Origin: a virus
Strand: one strand, 5' to 3'
DNA: 64,000 bases
IMG/VR virus record: IMGVR_UViG_3300025828_000016
Span: 21,500 to 85,499 of that record
Shown one piece after another: positions 28,544 through 37,780 of the stretch; position 1 is the first letter of the stretch, and each line of letters begins with the position of its first letter. Both the position numbers and the translations under genes were made by a program. The notes below the pieces were generated by a model. That model was given only the letters and a program-made list of their open reading frames with translations, searched no databases and had not been told where the DNA came from.

Positions 28544-30397
28544 TTAGTTTCCGCTACAAGCAGTTTCATCAAGGATTTGTAAAAGGTTTCCGTACATTTG
28601 TTCTGCGGAATCAGTAAGTTGCATCATTTTTGCTTTTGTAGAAGCATCAGTAATCGAAGACCATTGAAGATTCGCAAAACCAGAAGTAAAGGCATAAAGA
28701 TTAAAGTCAAGTGCCGCTTCTATTGCCGCTATTACGTTTGATTCTGTTATCTGTGGAAACAAATAAGATTGTGGTTTCTCGTCTGTAAATAATATAACAA
28801 CTCTTTTTGTGTCTTCACGCCATTCTACTTCCCATTCTTCTTTTGGAGGTATAGAACCAGCATTATAGTTAATATTTAACCAAGTCGCCGCATTTACATC
28901 ATAATCTCCACCGCCAACAAGATTTTTAATTGAAAAATAAATGGCGTCTAAACTTTGTTCGTTTCCTCCACTTTGCTGCAGAGGGTCTATCCCAGCGAAA
29001 GAAGACATAAAATCTTCAAAGTTATTTAGGTTTGTTTGTAGTTTCATTTTCTCTATTGGGAAAGAAGTTTCAGGGTCGTTTTCTCGAATAGCAATAAGAA
29101 CAAGTCCCCATCTTATAACCTCTGAATCGCTGTAATAAAGAGCAAACTGACTTAAGGCAGAAAACACAGCATTAATCTCAAAAGTCATAGAACCAGACAT
29201 ATCTACAATAAATAAAATGTCTGTTGGGTCCAGTTCCTTTTCTATAATGCCGTCGCAGTTTGTATCTTCGCCATTACAAATGTCTTCGGTCATAGGAGCA
29301 ACTTCGTCTAAACAGAAATCAGGAATAAAAGAACCTTCAACATTATTTCCCCATTCTCCTTCTTTACAGAAAGAAAATCCAGGTTTACAAATGCCTACAC
29401 CCATAGTTTGAGGTGGTCCGCTATAACAAAGAGCATAAAGATCTTCGTCTACAAGTTCGTTGCAGTTGTCGTCGTGATTATTGCACTCTTCTGGGATTAT
29501 CTTGCCCAAATAAGGGTCGCAGACTTCACCTTCTGCTACAAAGTCTGGGAACCAATGACATTGAGCGAGACAATCCGTCATTTGGAAGGTGGTGCAAAGT
29601 TCGTCAGAACATTCACAAGTTTTAAAACCTTCTCCACAAACTAATGGGTTTTCAGCACAAGGAACTAACATTCCAAGGTCTTTTTCTTGACAGAAGCATT
29701 CTATTCCTTCGTCGATTTGACCGTCGCAGTCGTCGTCCAAACCATTACAGATTTCTTCTTTTGGTTTTTTTGCGGTGCAGACCCAGTTTCCAGCAACGCA
29801 ATATTCTAGGTTGTCCTCACAAGCAGTAGAGCAAGGACGCACAATATCTTCGTCTACTGCACCGTCGCAGTCATTATCAATATTATCGCAGGTTTCTTGC
29901 GGAACTATCCCACAAAAACCACAAGCATTTAGTTGCCCTTCGTCTGTTTCCCCATCACAGTCGTCGTCAAACCCATTACAAACTTCCTCACCGCAGTTTG
30001 CTATGCAATCTGTAAATTTTATTATTCCTTTTACGCAAACTTTGTCCTGTAAACCCTGCCTTCCTTCGTCGTCAACACAAGAAATATCTGTTTCGATAAG
30101 ATACTGGGTTGGGTTGCATTCTAGCTTTTTTTCGCATTCACCTTCATAGACAATAGTTTTAGGTTCATTACATTCATTTACGCAAATCTGTTTTTGCCAA
30201 ACCTCGGATAAATCTTCACAGAAATACCAAGAGCAAACAACACATGGGTCTTCCCAAATAGAGTAAGTGTCTTCTTGGATAACTAAATCAACAACGTCTT
30301 GTGTGTCTTCTGGTTGGACTGAAACTTCTTTTAGATCTTCCTGTTTATTGGAGCAAGAGGCGACAAGCACCAGAAATGAAAAGAGAATTGACTTCAT
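28544..30397 (-). CDS. Lipoprotein with five Cys/Asp repeats (ExCNGxDDDCDGxxDE) and C-terminal vWA domain
   Basis: Lipobox LVASC, five repeats, MIDAS DMSGS, GGNE, FTDE. Confidence 0.8.
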   Translation of the reverse strand: MKSILFSFLVLVASCSNKQEDLKEVSVQPEDTQDVVDLVIQEDTYSIWEDPCVVCSWYFCEDLSEVWQKQICVNECNEPKTIVYEGECEKKLECNPTQYLIETDISCVDDEGRQGLQDKVCVKGIIKFTDCIANCGEEVCNGFDDDCDGETDEGQLNACGFCGIVPQETCDNIDNDCDGAVDEDIVRPCSTACEDNLEYCVAGNWVCTAKKPKEEICNGLDDDCDGQIDEGIECFCQEKDLGMLVPCAENPLVCGEGFKTCECSDELCTTFQMTDCLAQCHWFPDFVAEGEVCDPYLGKIIPEECNNHDDNCNELVDEDLYALCYSGPPQTMGVGICKPGFSFCKEGEWGNNVEGSFIPDFCLDEVAPMTEDICNGEDTNCDGIIEKELDPTDILFIVDMSGSMTFEINAVFSALSQFALYYSDSEVIRWGLVLIAIRENDPETSFPIEKMKLQTNLNNFEDFMSSFAGIDPLQQSGGNEQSLDAIYFSIKNLVGGGDYDVNAATWLNINYNAGSIPPKEEWEVEWREDTKRVVILFTDEKPQSYLFPQITESNVIAAIEAALDFNLYAFTSGFANLQWSSITDASTKAKMMQLTDSAEQMYGNLLQILDETACSGN

Positions 30398-30413
30398 ATA
30401 GTAATTATGAATT

Positions 30414-30767
30414 TTAGGTGAAAGTGTCGTCTATTTGAGGTAATTTTGTGATACGAGTTGAGATAATTCGGTCTCCGTCAGCGTCTTTCATAGTGCCGAT
30501 TTTTTGACCGACTTGTTGTAGGTAAGTTAATGCTTTTCCTGGTTCAACGTAAAAACGAACATAAAGTTTCATTAGTTTATTATTGTTTGGGTCTCGCTGA
30601 ATACCTTCGGCGGCACGAATAACAGTGATACCTTCTATTCCACGGATAGCCTCAAACACACGACCATAAAGTTTAGTTGCGCTTTCTGCTTTTACGAGAA
30701 GTTCCGCTTCATAAACCGCTTTTTGTTCGGTTAAAAAGTATTTGAAGTTTTCAAAAAGGTTTTTCAC
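30414..30767 (-). CDS. Probable virion-internal protein (tag MKNLFENFKYFLTE)
   Basis: N-terminal tag B; IRGIEGITVI motif. Confidence 0.6.
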   Translation of the reverse strand: MKNLFENFKYFLTEQKAVYEAELLVKAESATKLYGRVFEAIRGIEGITVIRAAEGIQRDPNNNKLMKLYVRFYVEPGKALTYLQQVGQKIGTMKDADGDRIISTRITKLPQIDDTFT

Positions 30768-30778
30768 AGTTTATTGTC

Positions 30779-31615
30779 TTACTTACCTGTAACTGCTTTT
30801 GCAGTTTTAAGAACGCCCCTAAAAGCATCAGGGGCATCATTTATAATCTCAGCAGTTGTTCGGCTTCCGAAATCCATAATAGACTTAATTACATTTATTG
30901 TTTGTGCCTTGTATTCTTTTGGTATATCTGGGCTATCTATTGAACTAATCATATCTTTAAGTTCACTCGTGCCAAGTTTATAAACGACTTTTGCAGCACC
31001 TTTTAAGGTGTTAACATCTACCAGTTCTTTTGCATTTTGCAATTTTTCTAGTTCTGCAACTCCTCTTATGAAATGTTCAGCGGTATCAAAGGTTTGCGAT
31101 TTGGCTGCAATTCCTTTTATAAAGTTGTATTTATCAATACTTATTGGTTTGCCACCAGCGGCTAATTTTGCTTGTGCTTCTGGAGCAAGAAACACTGACA
31201 TAACTAAAAATAGTAATAATGTCGCAAGTATTTTACATAAGATTGGTCTATTTTTACAAAATTTTCCGACTTTTTCAAAAATTTTTGCACCTGCTTTCAA
31301 AGCGGCAAATCCTGCTCTTTTTGCCATTTGCATAATCTGGATTGTTTTTTCAAGAACAAAATCACTTATTTTGTCTTTTACTTTTCCAACTGCTTGACCA
31401 ATTTTTTGACCAACCTCGCGAGCCTTATCAACAATGCTTTGTTCTAAAATTAGCAATTCTTTTTCAAGTTGATTAAACTCTCTATCAAATTCTTTTTCCC
31501 ATCTTTCATAGAGTTGAGTTTCGTTTATTACTTTTCTATCGTACTGTTCAAGCATTAACTGATATGGATTTTCATTAAACTTTTTCCAGTTTTCCATTAT
31601 TAATTTTGTTTCCAT
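30779..31615 (-). CDS. Probable virion-internal protein with a hydrophobic segment (tag KLIMENWKKF)
   Basis: Start refined to METKLIMENW; TM-like ILATLLLFLVMSVFLA. Confidence 0.6.
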   Translation of the reverse strand: METKLIMENWKKFNENPYQLMLEQYDRKVINETQLYERWEKEFDREFNQLEKELLILEQSIVDKAREVGQKIGQAVGKVKDKISDFVLEKTIQIMQMAKRAGFAALKAGAKIFEKVGKFCKNRPILCKILATLLLFLVMSVFLAPEAQAKLAAGGKPISIDKYNFIKGIAAKSQTFDTAEHFIRGVAELEKLQNAKELVDVNTLKGAAKVVYKLGTSELKDMISSIDSPDIPKEYKAQTINVIKSIMDFGSRTTAEIINDAPDAFRGVLKTAKAVTGK

Positions 31616-31643
31616 TGCAAATTTCCCCTTTGAATCGTAAATA

Positions 31644-31652
31644 TAATTAGTT
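31644..31652 (-). promoter_or_regulatory. Putative late promoter AACTAATTA
   Basis: Upstream of tagged gene at 31615. Confidence 0.55.
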
Positions 31653-31988
31653 GCTTTCTTCCAAAGATCCACCAAAACCGGGAGGTGCCGACTTTGATCT
31701 TTTATAAGAAGGTTTAGTCATTCCTTTTACTTTATAATTATTACCACCTTTTCCAACAAGACGGATTTTCATTTTCTTGTGTTTCTTTTTTACTGCTTTC
31801 TGAAAAGGTTCTTCTTCGTTTAGGTTATCGCAAAACTGCTTCATAGAAAAACCCTTTGGGTTGTCGCACTTCTTTGCTCGTTTTCTTCTTTCTGACTTCG
31901 ACCACTTTTCTTGGAGACCGTTAGGTTCCATATAGGGATGGTCTTTGAGATACTTCGCCATTTTTGATGATACTTTAAACTTAATCAA
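31647..31988 (-). CDS. Basic phage protein (CxNPKGFS motif)
   Basis: L-x-E sites followed by basic peptides. Confidence 0.6.
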   Translation of the reverse strand: MIKFKVSSKMAKYLKDHPYMEPNGLQEKWSKSERRKRAKKCDNPKGFSMKQFCDNLNEEEPFQKAVKKKHKKMKIRLVGKGGNNYKVKGMTKPSYKRSKSAPPGFGGSLEESN

Positions 31989-32619
31989 CTTTCACAAGTT
32001 CCTTCTTTTCTTTATCTAGTTTATAACCAGTTATTTCTGGGTCTACCTCGCCAACATTAAAGAAGTCGAAACCAGGGAGAATAGCAATCTTCTGTTCTGG
32101 AAAGAACCCTCTTTTTATAAAATGACTTGCCTGTCCTACGACCTCGGTGAAAAGTGCCCCTGCTGCTTCGGGAGGAACTGTTTTCATATGTCTATTGTAG
32201 GAGGCGATTTCACCACGAAGGTCAAAACCGGTTTTACCTTGACAGTGGGTCATGTAGTCATGAACTGCTCTCAACTTTAAGTTTAGTTCTGGGTCAAAGA
32301 CAGGGTGAGTAGTTCCACCAGACCAGATTTTTAGAACGCCGTTTTCTAGGGCGTCTTTACACATTTCTTTTTCGGAGGGATAAGGATCTTCATCTACAAA
32401 CTGAACGTCTACTCTGGACCCTATTTGTTTAAACATTTTATTTATGAAAGGTTCTAATGCCTCAAACGCAGGAACGGCAGATTCTTCGAAGGTCGGTGCT
32501 TTTTCATATGCTTGCGCTACGAGTTCTCCATAGAGATCCCAACCGTTTTCTCCTGGTTTGAGAACCAGTTTTTCATTTAGGAACTGTCTCCAGTTTTCAA
32601 ATAGAAGTTTCATTTTCAA
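31981..32619 (-). CDS. Probable virion-internal protein (tag MKLLFENWRQFLNE)
   Basis: Tag B; RAVHDYMTH, GE, FTEVVGQ conserved-looking metal motif. Confidence 0.65.
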   Translation of the reverse strand: MKMKLLFENWRQFLNEKLVLKPGENGWDLYGELVAQAYEKAPTFEESAVPAFEALEPFINKMFKQIGSRVDVQFVDEDPYPSEKEMCKDALENGVLKIWSGGTTHPVFDPELNLKLRAVHDYMTHCQGKTGFDLRGEIASYNRHMKTVPPEAAGALFTEVVGQASHFIKRGFFPEQKIAILPGFDFFNVGEVDPEITGYKLDKEKKELVKVD

Positions 32620-33196
32620 CCTCCGGTATTACAACCGCCCAGTCTTCACCCCATTGGTTTGCTGGTGGAACGTCTCCACGACCAGACCAAGCAGAAAGAA
32701 CAGAATAAAGTTTATTATCTTCAAGTGCTCTTATTACCTCTGGGTCTTCTCTGAGACTTTCAGGGACATACTGTAAGTCGCTTGTTGGTCTAACTACTAC
32801 TGATAGTTTGTCTGTCTTGAAATCTTCAAGAGGTTGAGAGGTTTTATAACCTTTGACGAATATTGGTCCTTGTCTGTCTTCTTTCTCTACTTCTACTTCT
32901 TGTGCGTTTTCTAACTCTTTTGCCTCACTATCGGGCAAAACCAAGTCATAACCAACACCTGGAACGTTAATAGTATAAACCGCTTGACTTGGGTTTACAT
33001 CTATCTCTTCTAGTGCTTTATTTACCAAAGATAAATCAAAATCAGCAAATATAGAACCTTTTCCTGGTTCTTTGTGTCCTCTTTCGATATGACCCTTAGC
33101 CCAATCAGAAAATATTATTACAGAATCGTTAGTTTTTACAAGTTCGTCGGCTTCCTTTAATATATACTTACGCCAGTTTTCCATTAGAAGCTTCAT
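32597..33196 (-). CDS. Probable virion-internal protein (tag MKLLMENWRKYILKE)
   Basis: Tag B; HIERGH motif. Confidence 0.65.
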   Translation of the reverse strand: MKLLMENWRKYILKEADELVKTNDSVIIFSDWAKGHIERGHKEPGKGSIFADFDLSLVNKALEEIDVNPSQAVYTINVPGVGYDLVLPDSEAKELENAQEVEVEKEDRQGPIFVKGYKTSQPLEDFKTDKLSVVVRPTSDLQYVPESLREDPEVIRALEDNKLYSVLSAWSGRGDVPPANQWGEDWAVVIPEVENETSI

Positions 33197-33468
33197 TTCT
33201 TGATAATCTCCACAATAAGTTTGTTCTTACCCATAAGTAGTCTGTGCCAAGTGTAAGCAGGAATAAAATAAGTCTGACCTTTCTCTAACTTCACCGGAAC
33301 CTCGTTTTCCAGTTGTAAATGCCAATCTTTTGACTTTTCTACTGTTATTTGGCGGTCTTCACGGTCTTTATGCCAGATTAACTCACTATTTGAGGTGTTT
33401 TCAGCGTCAAAAATGCGAATAACCTTGTTTTCGGTTATTTTTATCTCTTCAAAGGGGAACTCACGCAC
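33193..33468 (-). CDS. Cupin-fold protein
   Basis: WHKDREDR ... IPAYTWHRL. Confidence 0.7.
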   Translation of the reverse strand: MREFPFEEIKITENKVIRIFDAENTSNSELIWHKDREDRQITVEKSKDWHLQLENEVPVKLEKGQTYFIPAYTWHRLLMGKNKLIVEIIKK

Positions 33469-34052
33469 TACCAGAACCTACCGGGGACATTCTTACCAAA
33501 ATACTTGTGTGCTCGACAAGCCCAGTATCCTGCTTTGGTTTTATCTTTCTTTTCAGCGCAATTATGGCGATTTGCGAAGTTGGCACGAGCTTCAGCGTTA
33601 TTCCAGTTGCCTTTTAGACCGCCTTTCTTGTCTCCGAAGGTTACTTTTTTAATATTTCCGGTTTTTGGGTCTCTAACAAAGACTTTATACTTCTTTCCAC
33701 CACCAGAATTAAGAGTTGGTTTGTTAAGTGGCGGATTTTTCTTCTTTTTTGCCTTCTTTTTCTTCTCATCAAGGGGCATTGGGAAGTCAAGAGGCACTTT
33801 TTTGCCTTCATAGAGGGCGAATTCGCCAATATCAGTCTCATTTATCCAATATTTTTCGTTTTCGTCCAATTTATAGAGCCCATTTTTGGATAATTTGCGA
33901 ACTTCAGCAAATAACTCGAAATACTTGGTTGAACCCGGTCTAAAAATGTTCTCATTTAAGCGAATATTGTTCTTTAAATGGAACTTTAGACCCTCGGACA
34001 GTAGGTTGTCCATTTCTTCACGAATAATACGTTTTAGTTCGAAAAGTTTCAT
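33468..34052 (-). CDS. Probable virion-internal basic protein
   Basis: Start refined to MKLFELKRIIREE; LDE-KKKK; KKVTFG, RHNC, GYWAC. Confidence 0.65.
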   Translation of the reverse strand: MKLFELKRIIREEMDNLLSEGLKFHLKNNIRLNENIFRPGSTKYFELFAEVRKLSKNGLYKLDENEKYWINETDIGEFALYEGKKVPLDFPMPLDEKKKKAKKKKNPPLNKPTLNSGGGKKYKVFVRDPKTGNIKKVTFGDKKGGLKGNWNNAEARANFANRHNCAEKKDKTKAGYWACRAHKYFGKNVPGRFW

Positions 34053-34074
34053 TATTTCTAGTCCTTTAATCCTT

Positions 34075-34560
34075 TTATGCTTGTTGTTTTTGCATTGCAT
34101 CTGGACCTTTTGCAATTGGTACCATATAAACGGTGTTTGGATCTCTAGGTTCGAATACGAAAGCCCTAGTTACACCAGAACCAGGGTTCTCATCAACAAA
34201 GTCAATAAAAATTTGACCAGGGTTTGCCTTTTCAAACGCTTTTATTTTTTCTGGTTTAAACTCTCCCTGTCGTTTTAGTTGTATATAACGCTCTTTGGTG
34301 TCGATATGTGGAACATGTACGGATAATGCATCTTTGGTTAGTTCCACATCTTTTGCGTTGGGAGAGCGTCTTCGATGTTTTCTAGTATCAAACTTTGCAT
34401 CCGAGTAACTCATCTTTCTGAATTGAGAAATGTGACCGCCCCAACCGGGATCTAAAACATCCCAGGTGCTTGCTTCTTTGTCCATACCTGATAATTCTTC
34501 TTTTAGGATTTGTATCTCTTCTTTAATAATATCTTTTAGTTGATTTTTTGTGATTTTCAT
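34075..34560 (-). CDS. Probable virion-internal protein (tag MKITKNQLKDIIKEE)
   Basis: Tag A. Confidence 0.65.
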   Translation of the reverse strand: MKITKNQLKDIIKEEIQILKEELSGMDKEASTWDVLDPGWGGHISQFRKMSYSDAKFDTRKHRRRSPNAKDVELTKDALSVHVPHIDTKERYIQLKRQGEFKPEKIKAFEKANPGQIFIDFVDENPGSGVTRAFVFEPRDPNTVYMVPIAKGPDAMQKQQA

Positions 34561-35171
34561 CCTTTTTTCCCCTTTGCTGTTTTCTTACCCCAAGACTTTC
34601 CACGTCCTCGCTCTTTACAAGCACCAGGAGTGGGACGACAAGCAGGATATTTTGCTCGTTTTTCGCCTTTTTCACGACCACATGCTTTACATTTAGTTCG
34701 ACCGGTCTTTTTATCTTTACGGCAAGTGTTACAGTCTACCCAACCGCCTTTTTTACCTTTTGCGCCTTTGCGTTTAAACCAGTCTCTTAGTGAGGATTCT
34801 TTGCTTGATTCAGTTCCCGCTTTCTTTTTTTTTTCGTCTAACTCTATTTCGACAATGTATCCTTCTTCTGGTTCGTCGGCACAGTTGCCTTCTTTGATGC
34901 CTTTCCAGATTTCACCACGACGGCATCTTACAACAGCACCAGAAGCATAAGCAGACGGCCAAGTATCGTATTTGCGTTTAGCAATGCGGACACAACGGTC
35001 GTCTTTTTTCTTTTTCTTCTTCTTTTTTTTCTTTTTCTTTTTTTCGTCGAGGGTTTCATCGACAGAGGATAAGACTTCGATGTCGTTGTCTTCTGTATCA
35101 ACAGGGTTCTGAATATTTCTACCAGCGGGAGGTGATAGGACTATTTCTCTTATGTTGATACTTATTGACAT
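34557..35171 (-). CDS. Lys/Cys-rich basic protein
   Basis: Run of 12 Lys after LDE; WPSAYASG, LRDWF, WVDC, YPACRP. Confidence 0.7.
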   Translation of the reverse strand: MSISINIREIVLSPPAGRNIQNPVDTEDNDIEVLSSVDETLDEKKKKKKKKKKKKKDDRCVRIAKRKYDTWPSAYASGAVVRCRRGEIWKGIKEGNCADEPEEGYIVEIELDEKKKKAGTESSKESSLRDWFKRKGAKGKKGGWVDCNTCRKDKKTGRTKCKACGREKGEKRAKYPACRPTPGACKERGRGKSWGKKTAKGKKG

Positions 35172-35395
35172 TATTTAGGTTTTCCTTCCATTTTTCTTAC
35201 CAAAGAGTAGATTTCCCATCTCTTAAGTTTGCGTGCCATAGCAGCAATGTTAAATAGTTGTGGAGTTTGGACAAATGGAAAAATGCCGTGGACTAGTAGA
35301 CAACAAGATGACACGAGCATGTGAAATGCTGCTCTCCAGGCAAATTTGAGGTGTCCGAAGTAAGTTTCATTATTTTCTTTTAGATGCTTAATCAT
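35171..35395 (-). CDS. Small membrane-associated protein (DUF6356-like)
   Basis: HLKENNETYFGH...VHGIFPF. Confidence 0.6.
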   Translation of the reverse strand: MIKHLKENNETYFGHLKFAWRAAFHMLVSSCCLLVHGIFPFVQTPQLFNIAAMARKLKRWEIYSLVRKMEGKPK

Positions 35396-35790
35396 TAACC
35401 CACACCCAAAGAACCTGACCAGTTAGAACCAGATGGTGAAATATTAGTGATACGGTCTGATGAAATACCTGTAAGACCAGCAAAAACATCAACGTCTCCA
35501 GAACCACTCAGCCAAACTTGTGAAACTTTAACTTCAAATCTTTCAGAAGCGGTTTGACCTCTTACTGTGAAGTAGTTTGTACCGGCGCCATCAACTCCCA
35601 GTTCTGAAAACCCAACTCTACATACGTTAGCAGTGTTATTCACAACATAAATCCACCTAGATACAGATGGGAATTCTACACTCATAGTTTCAGAAGCATC
35701 AAGACCACCACTAACAAACGGCTTGCCGCTGGATTGATAAGAACCGACATTACTTAATCCGGTACCGTATTTATAATCTGGATAAGACAT
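35395..35790 (-). CDS. Structural beta-rich protein, paralog of 37364..37780
   Basis: GLxNVGSYQxS N-terminus and NWSGSxGVG C-terminus shared. Confidence 0.7.
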   Translation of the reverse strand: MSYPDYKYGTGLSNVGSYQSSGKPFVSGGLDASETMSVEFPSVSRWIYVVNNTANVCRVGFSELGVDGAGTNYFTVRGQTASERFEVKVSQVWLSGSGDVDVFAGLTGISSDRITNISPSGSNWSGSLGVG

Positions 35791-35808
35791 TTAAATCTCC
35801 TTTTTATG

Positions 35809-35817
35809 TAAGTAGTT
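35809..35817 (-). promoter_or_regulatory. Putative late promoter AACTACTTA
   Basis: Intergenic, before RBS of 35790. Confidence 0.6.
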
Positions 35818-35828
35818 AGTTTGTCTTC

Positions 35829-37364
35829 TTATTGCTGTTCAAACCAACTTATTCCACCTAACCCTGCAACTGCTGCGGTTGTACTAACAGCAAGTAATAA
35901 GTTGTTACCAACTCCAAAAGCAAAACTTAAACTTTTTAAATCCTTTGACACGCCTTGACCCGCTCCTGCTACAACTTCGTAAATGGGTGTAAGATTGGAA
36001 ATATTTACAATAGCATTACTTGCTGGATCTAAGGCAGCATAAGAAACAATGCTTTCCTGCTCGTCAATATATTGATAGTTTACCTCTCCAGTTACTTCAA
36101 CATTTAAAAAGAGTGCTATTGTTACTGTTTTCGGTGTTGCACCACCAGATTCATTCGATGCTCTTATGTCCAATACATCAAACTCGCCAAAGCAACTTTG
36201 ATCTTTAAAAACTCTGTTTGTTTTAAAAAGAGCAAGCGGTTTATAAACTCCGCTAGTATCGACAGAAAAACTAAAAGATTTAGAAAATTTAGGATCTAGT
36301 GAATTAACTTCACCCTCAATAAAACCAGCCATAGAAGCAGTTTTTAATTTTTTACTTGTTGTGCCTCCAATATTGGCAGAGGTAGCCAAAATAGCAACAT
36401 TTGGATTTTTTAGAACTGGTGTTGTCCTAGCGTTTGCGTTTTTTATTCTATGAAACTTTGCTGTATGTCCTGTTTCTGGGTCTTCTACAAAGAAATCAGC
36501 ATTACCGTATCCTAAATACTGGAAATCAATTTCATAAACATTTCCCTTTTGAGGGTCCAAAGTCATTCCACTTGGTCCTGTGCCGTCCATTTTATCAACA
36601 TTAAAAGAAGCAGAAGGAATGAAATCGTTAGACTGCGCTTCACCCTCTACCACTCTTGTGAAAGCTCCAACAATAGAACCACCAGAAGAAACAGAATAGG
36701 TGCTAGTAAGACCAGCGGCAGAACGAGCAGAAATAAAATAAACAGAACCAGACTGTGCGTCTGCTAACCAGCCACCTGTTCCAAGTTGCGAATAATCTGC
36801 TTTAGCAAGTTGATAAGCGGTTTGCTCTGGGGAGCCAGCGCCCACTACTGGAACGACTTGACTATAACCGTTTAGAGTAACTGTAACGTTTTCGGTTCCT
36901 GCTCCTGTTGTAATGTCTAGTCTTCTTATCTCACGAGAACCAGAGATAGAGTGTAGAATACCAAAATTAGTTCCAAAGTAACCAACAAAATAACCGCATT
37001 CTGCCGTTCCACCACCGATAAATTGAGCGTTTCCTGCGTCTGGTTCAGAGAAAAGAGCGGTTGCTTTTAAAGCAGAACCTTGTCCTGGTCTGTATTTTAG
37101 CCCTCTTCTTAGTTGAACTGTCGCAGAGCCAGAAGCAGAAGTTCCGCTGCTTAATTCACATTGACCATCTACTACGGCAATTGATGCGCCAGCAAAAGAC
37201 GAAGAAATAAAATTTTGATTTCCTATGCCATAAACAAAATCGCCTTGAGCGATAGGGTTTTTTCTAGAAACCAAAACTTCACCAAAGGTTGAGTTTGGAG
37301 AAGCAATGTGAACGTTATCAGCGCCGAGCGTCTTTTTTGGTTTATTTAAATCAGTAAATCCCAT
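35829..37364 (-). CDS. Virion structural protein (Gly/Ser-rich, lectin/fibre-like)
   Basis: YRPGQG, GNVYEIDFQYLGYG; start refined to MGFTD. Confidence 0.65.
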   Translation of the reverse strand: MGFTDLNKPKKTLGADNVHIASPNSTFGEVLVSRKNPIAQGDFVYGIGNQNFISSSFAGASIAVVDGQCELSSGTSASGSATVQLRRGLKYRPGQGSALKATALFSEPDAGNAQFIGGGTAECGYFVGYFGTNFGILHSISGSREIRRLDITTGAGTENVTVTLNGYSQVVPVVGAGSPEQTAYQLAKADYSQLGTGGWLADAQSGSVYFISARSAAGLTSTYSVSSGGSIVGAFTRVVEGEAQSNDFIPSASFNVDKMDGTGPSGMTLDPQKGNVYEIDFQYLGYGNADFFVEDPETGHTAKFHRIKNANARTTPVLKNPNVAILATSANIGGTTSKKLKTASMAGFIEGEVNSLDPKFSKSFSFSVDTSGVYKPLALFKTNRVFKDQSCFGEFDVLDIRASNESGGATPKTVTIALFLNVEVTGEVNYQYIDEQESIVSYAALDPASNAIVNISNLTPIYEVVAGAGQGVSKDLKSLSFAFGVGNNLLLAVSTTAAVAGLGGISWFEQQ

Positions 37365-37780
37365 TATCCTACCCCCACAGAACCAGACCAATTATTAGCA
37401 AGGTGACTTTGATCGATCCCTGTTAAACCAGCGATAACAGAAGCACTACACTCATTTGGGCTATCGCTCATAAGATAAACAGAAGTTACTTTAAACTCTG
37501 CTTCAAATGATTCTCCATTATTTAAAATAGCATAATTACTGTCTTCTATTCCCTGCACACCGTTTGCCGAAAAACCAAAACGAAGAGGAACATTAGGAGC
37601 ACTTCCTGCTAGTGTGTTCGTGATAATTACAAATCTTGTTACTGAATCAAAAGAAACTTCTTTTGGTGTATTCCCAGAAGCAGGAACATTTAGTGAAGAA
37701 GTTAGATAAGGTCGTGCTGAAACTTGATAAGAACCAACATTCCTTAGACCTGTTCCATAGCTGTAATTTGGATAAGACAT
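37364..37780 (-). CDS. Structural beta-rich protein, paralog of 35395..35790
   Basis: Same terminal motifs as its paralog. Confidence 0.7.
   Translation of the reverse strand: MSYPNYSYGTGLRNVGSYQVSARPYLTSSLNVPASGNTPKEVSFDSVTRFVIITNTLAGSAPNVPLRFGFSANGVQGIEDSNYAILNNGESFEAEFKVTSVYLMSDSPNECSASVIAGLTGIDQSHLANNWSGSVGVG

Noticed and set aside
35003-35044. Poly-Lys tract as slippage site or sequencing artefact
   Set aside because: Mixed AAA/AAG codons keep the frame, and similar LDE-KKKK motifs recur nearby
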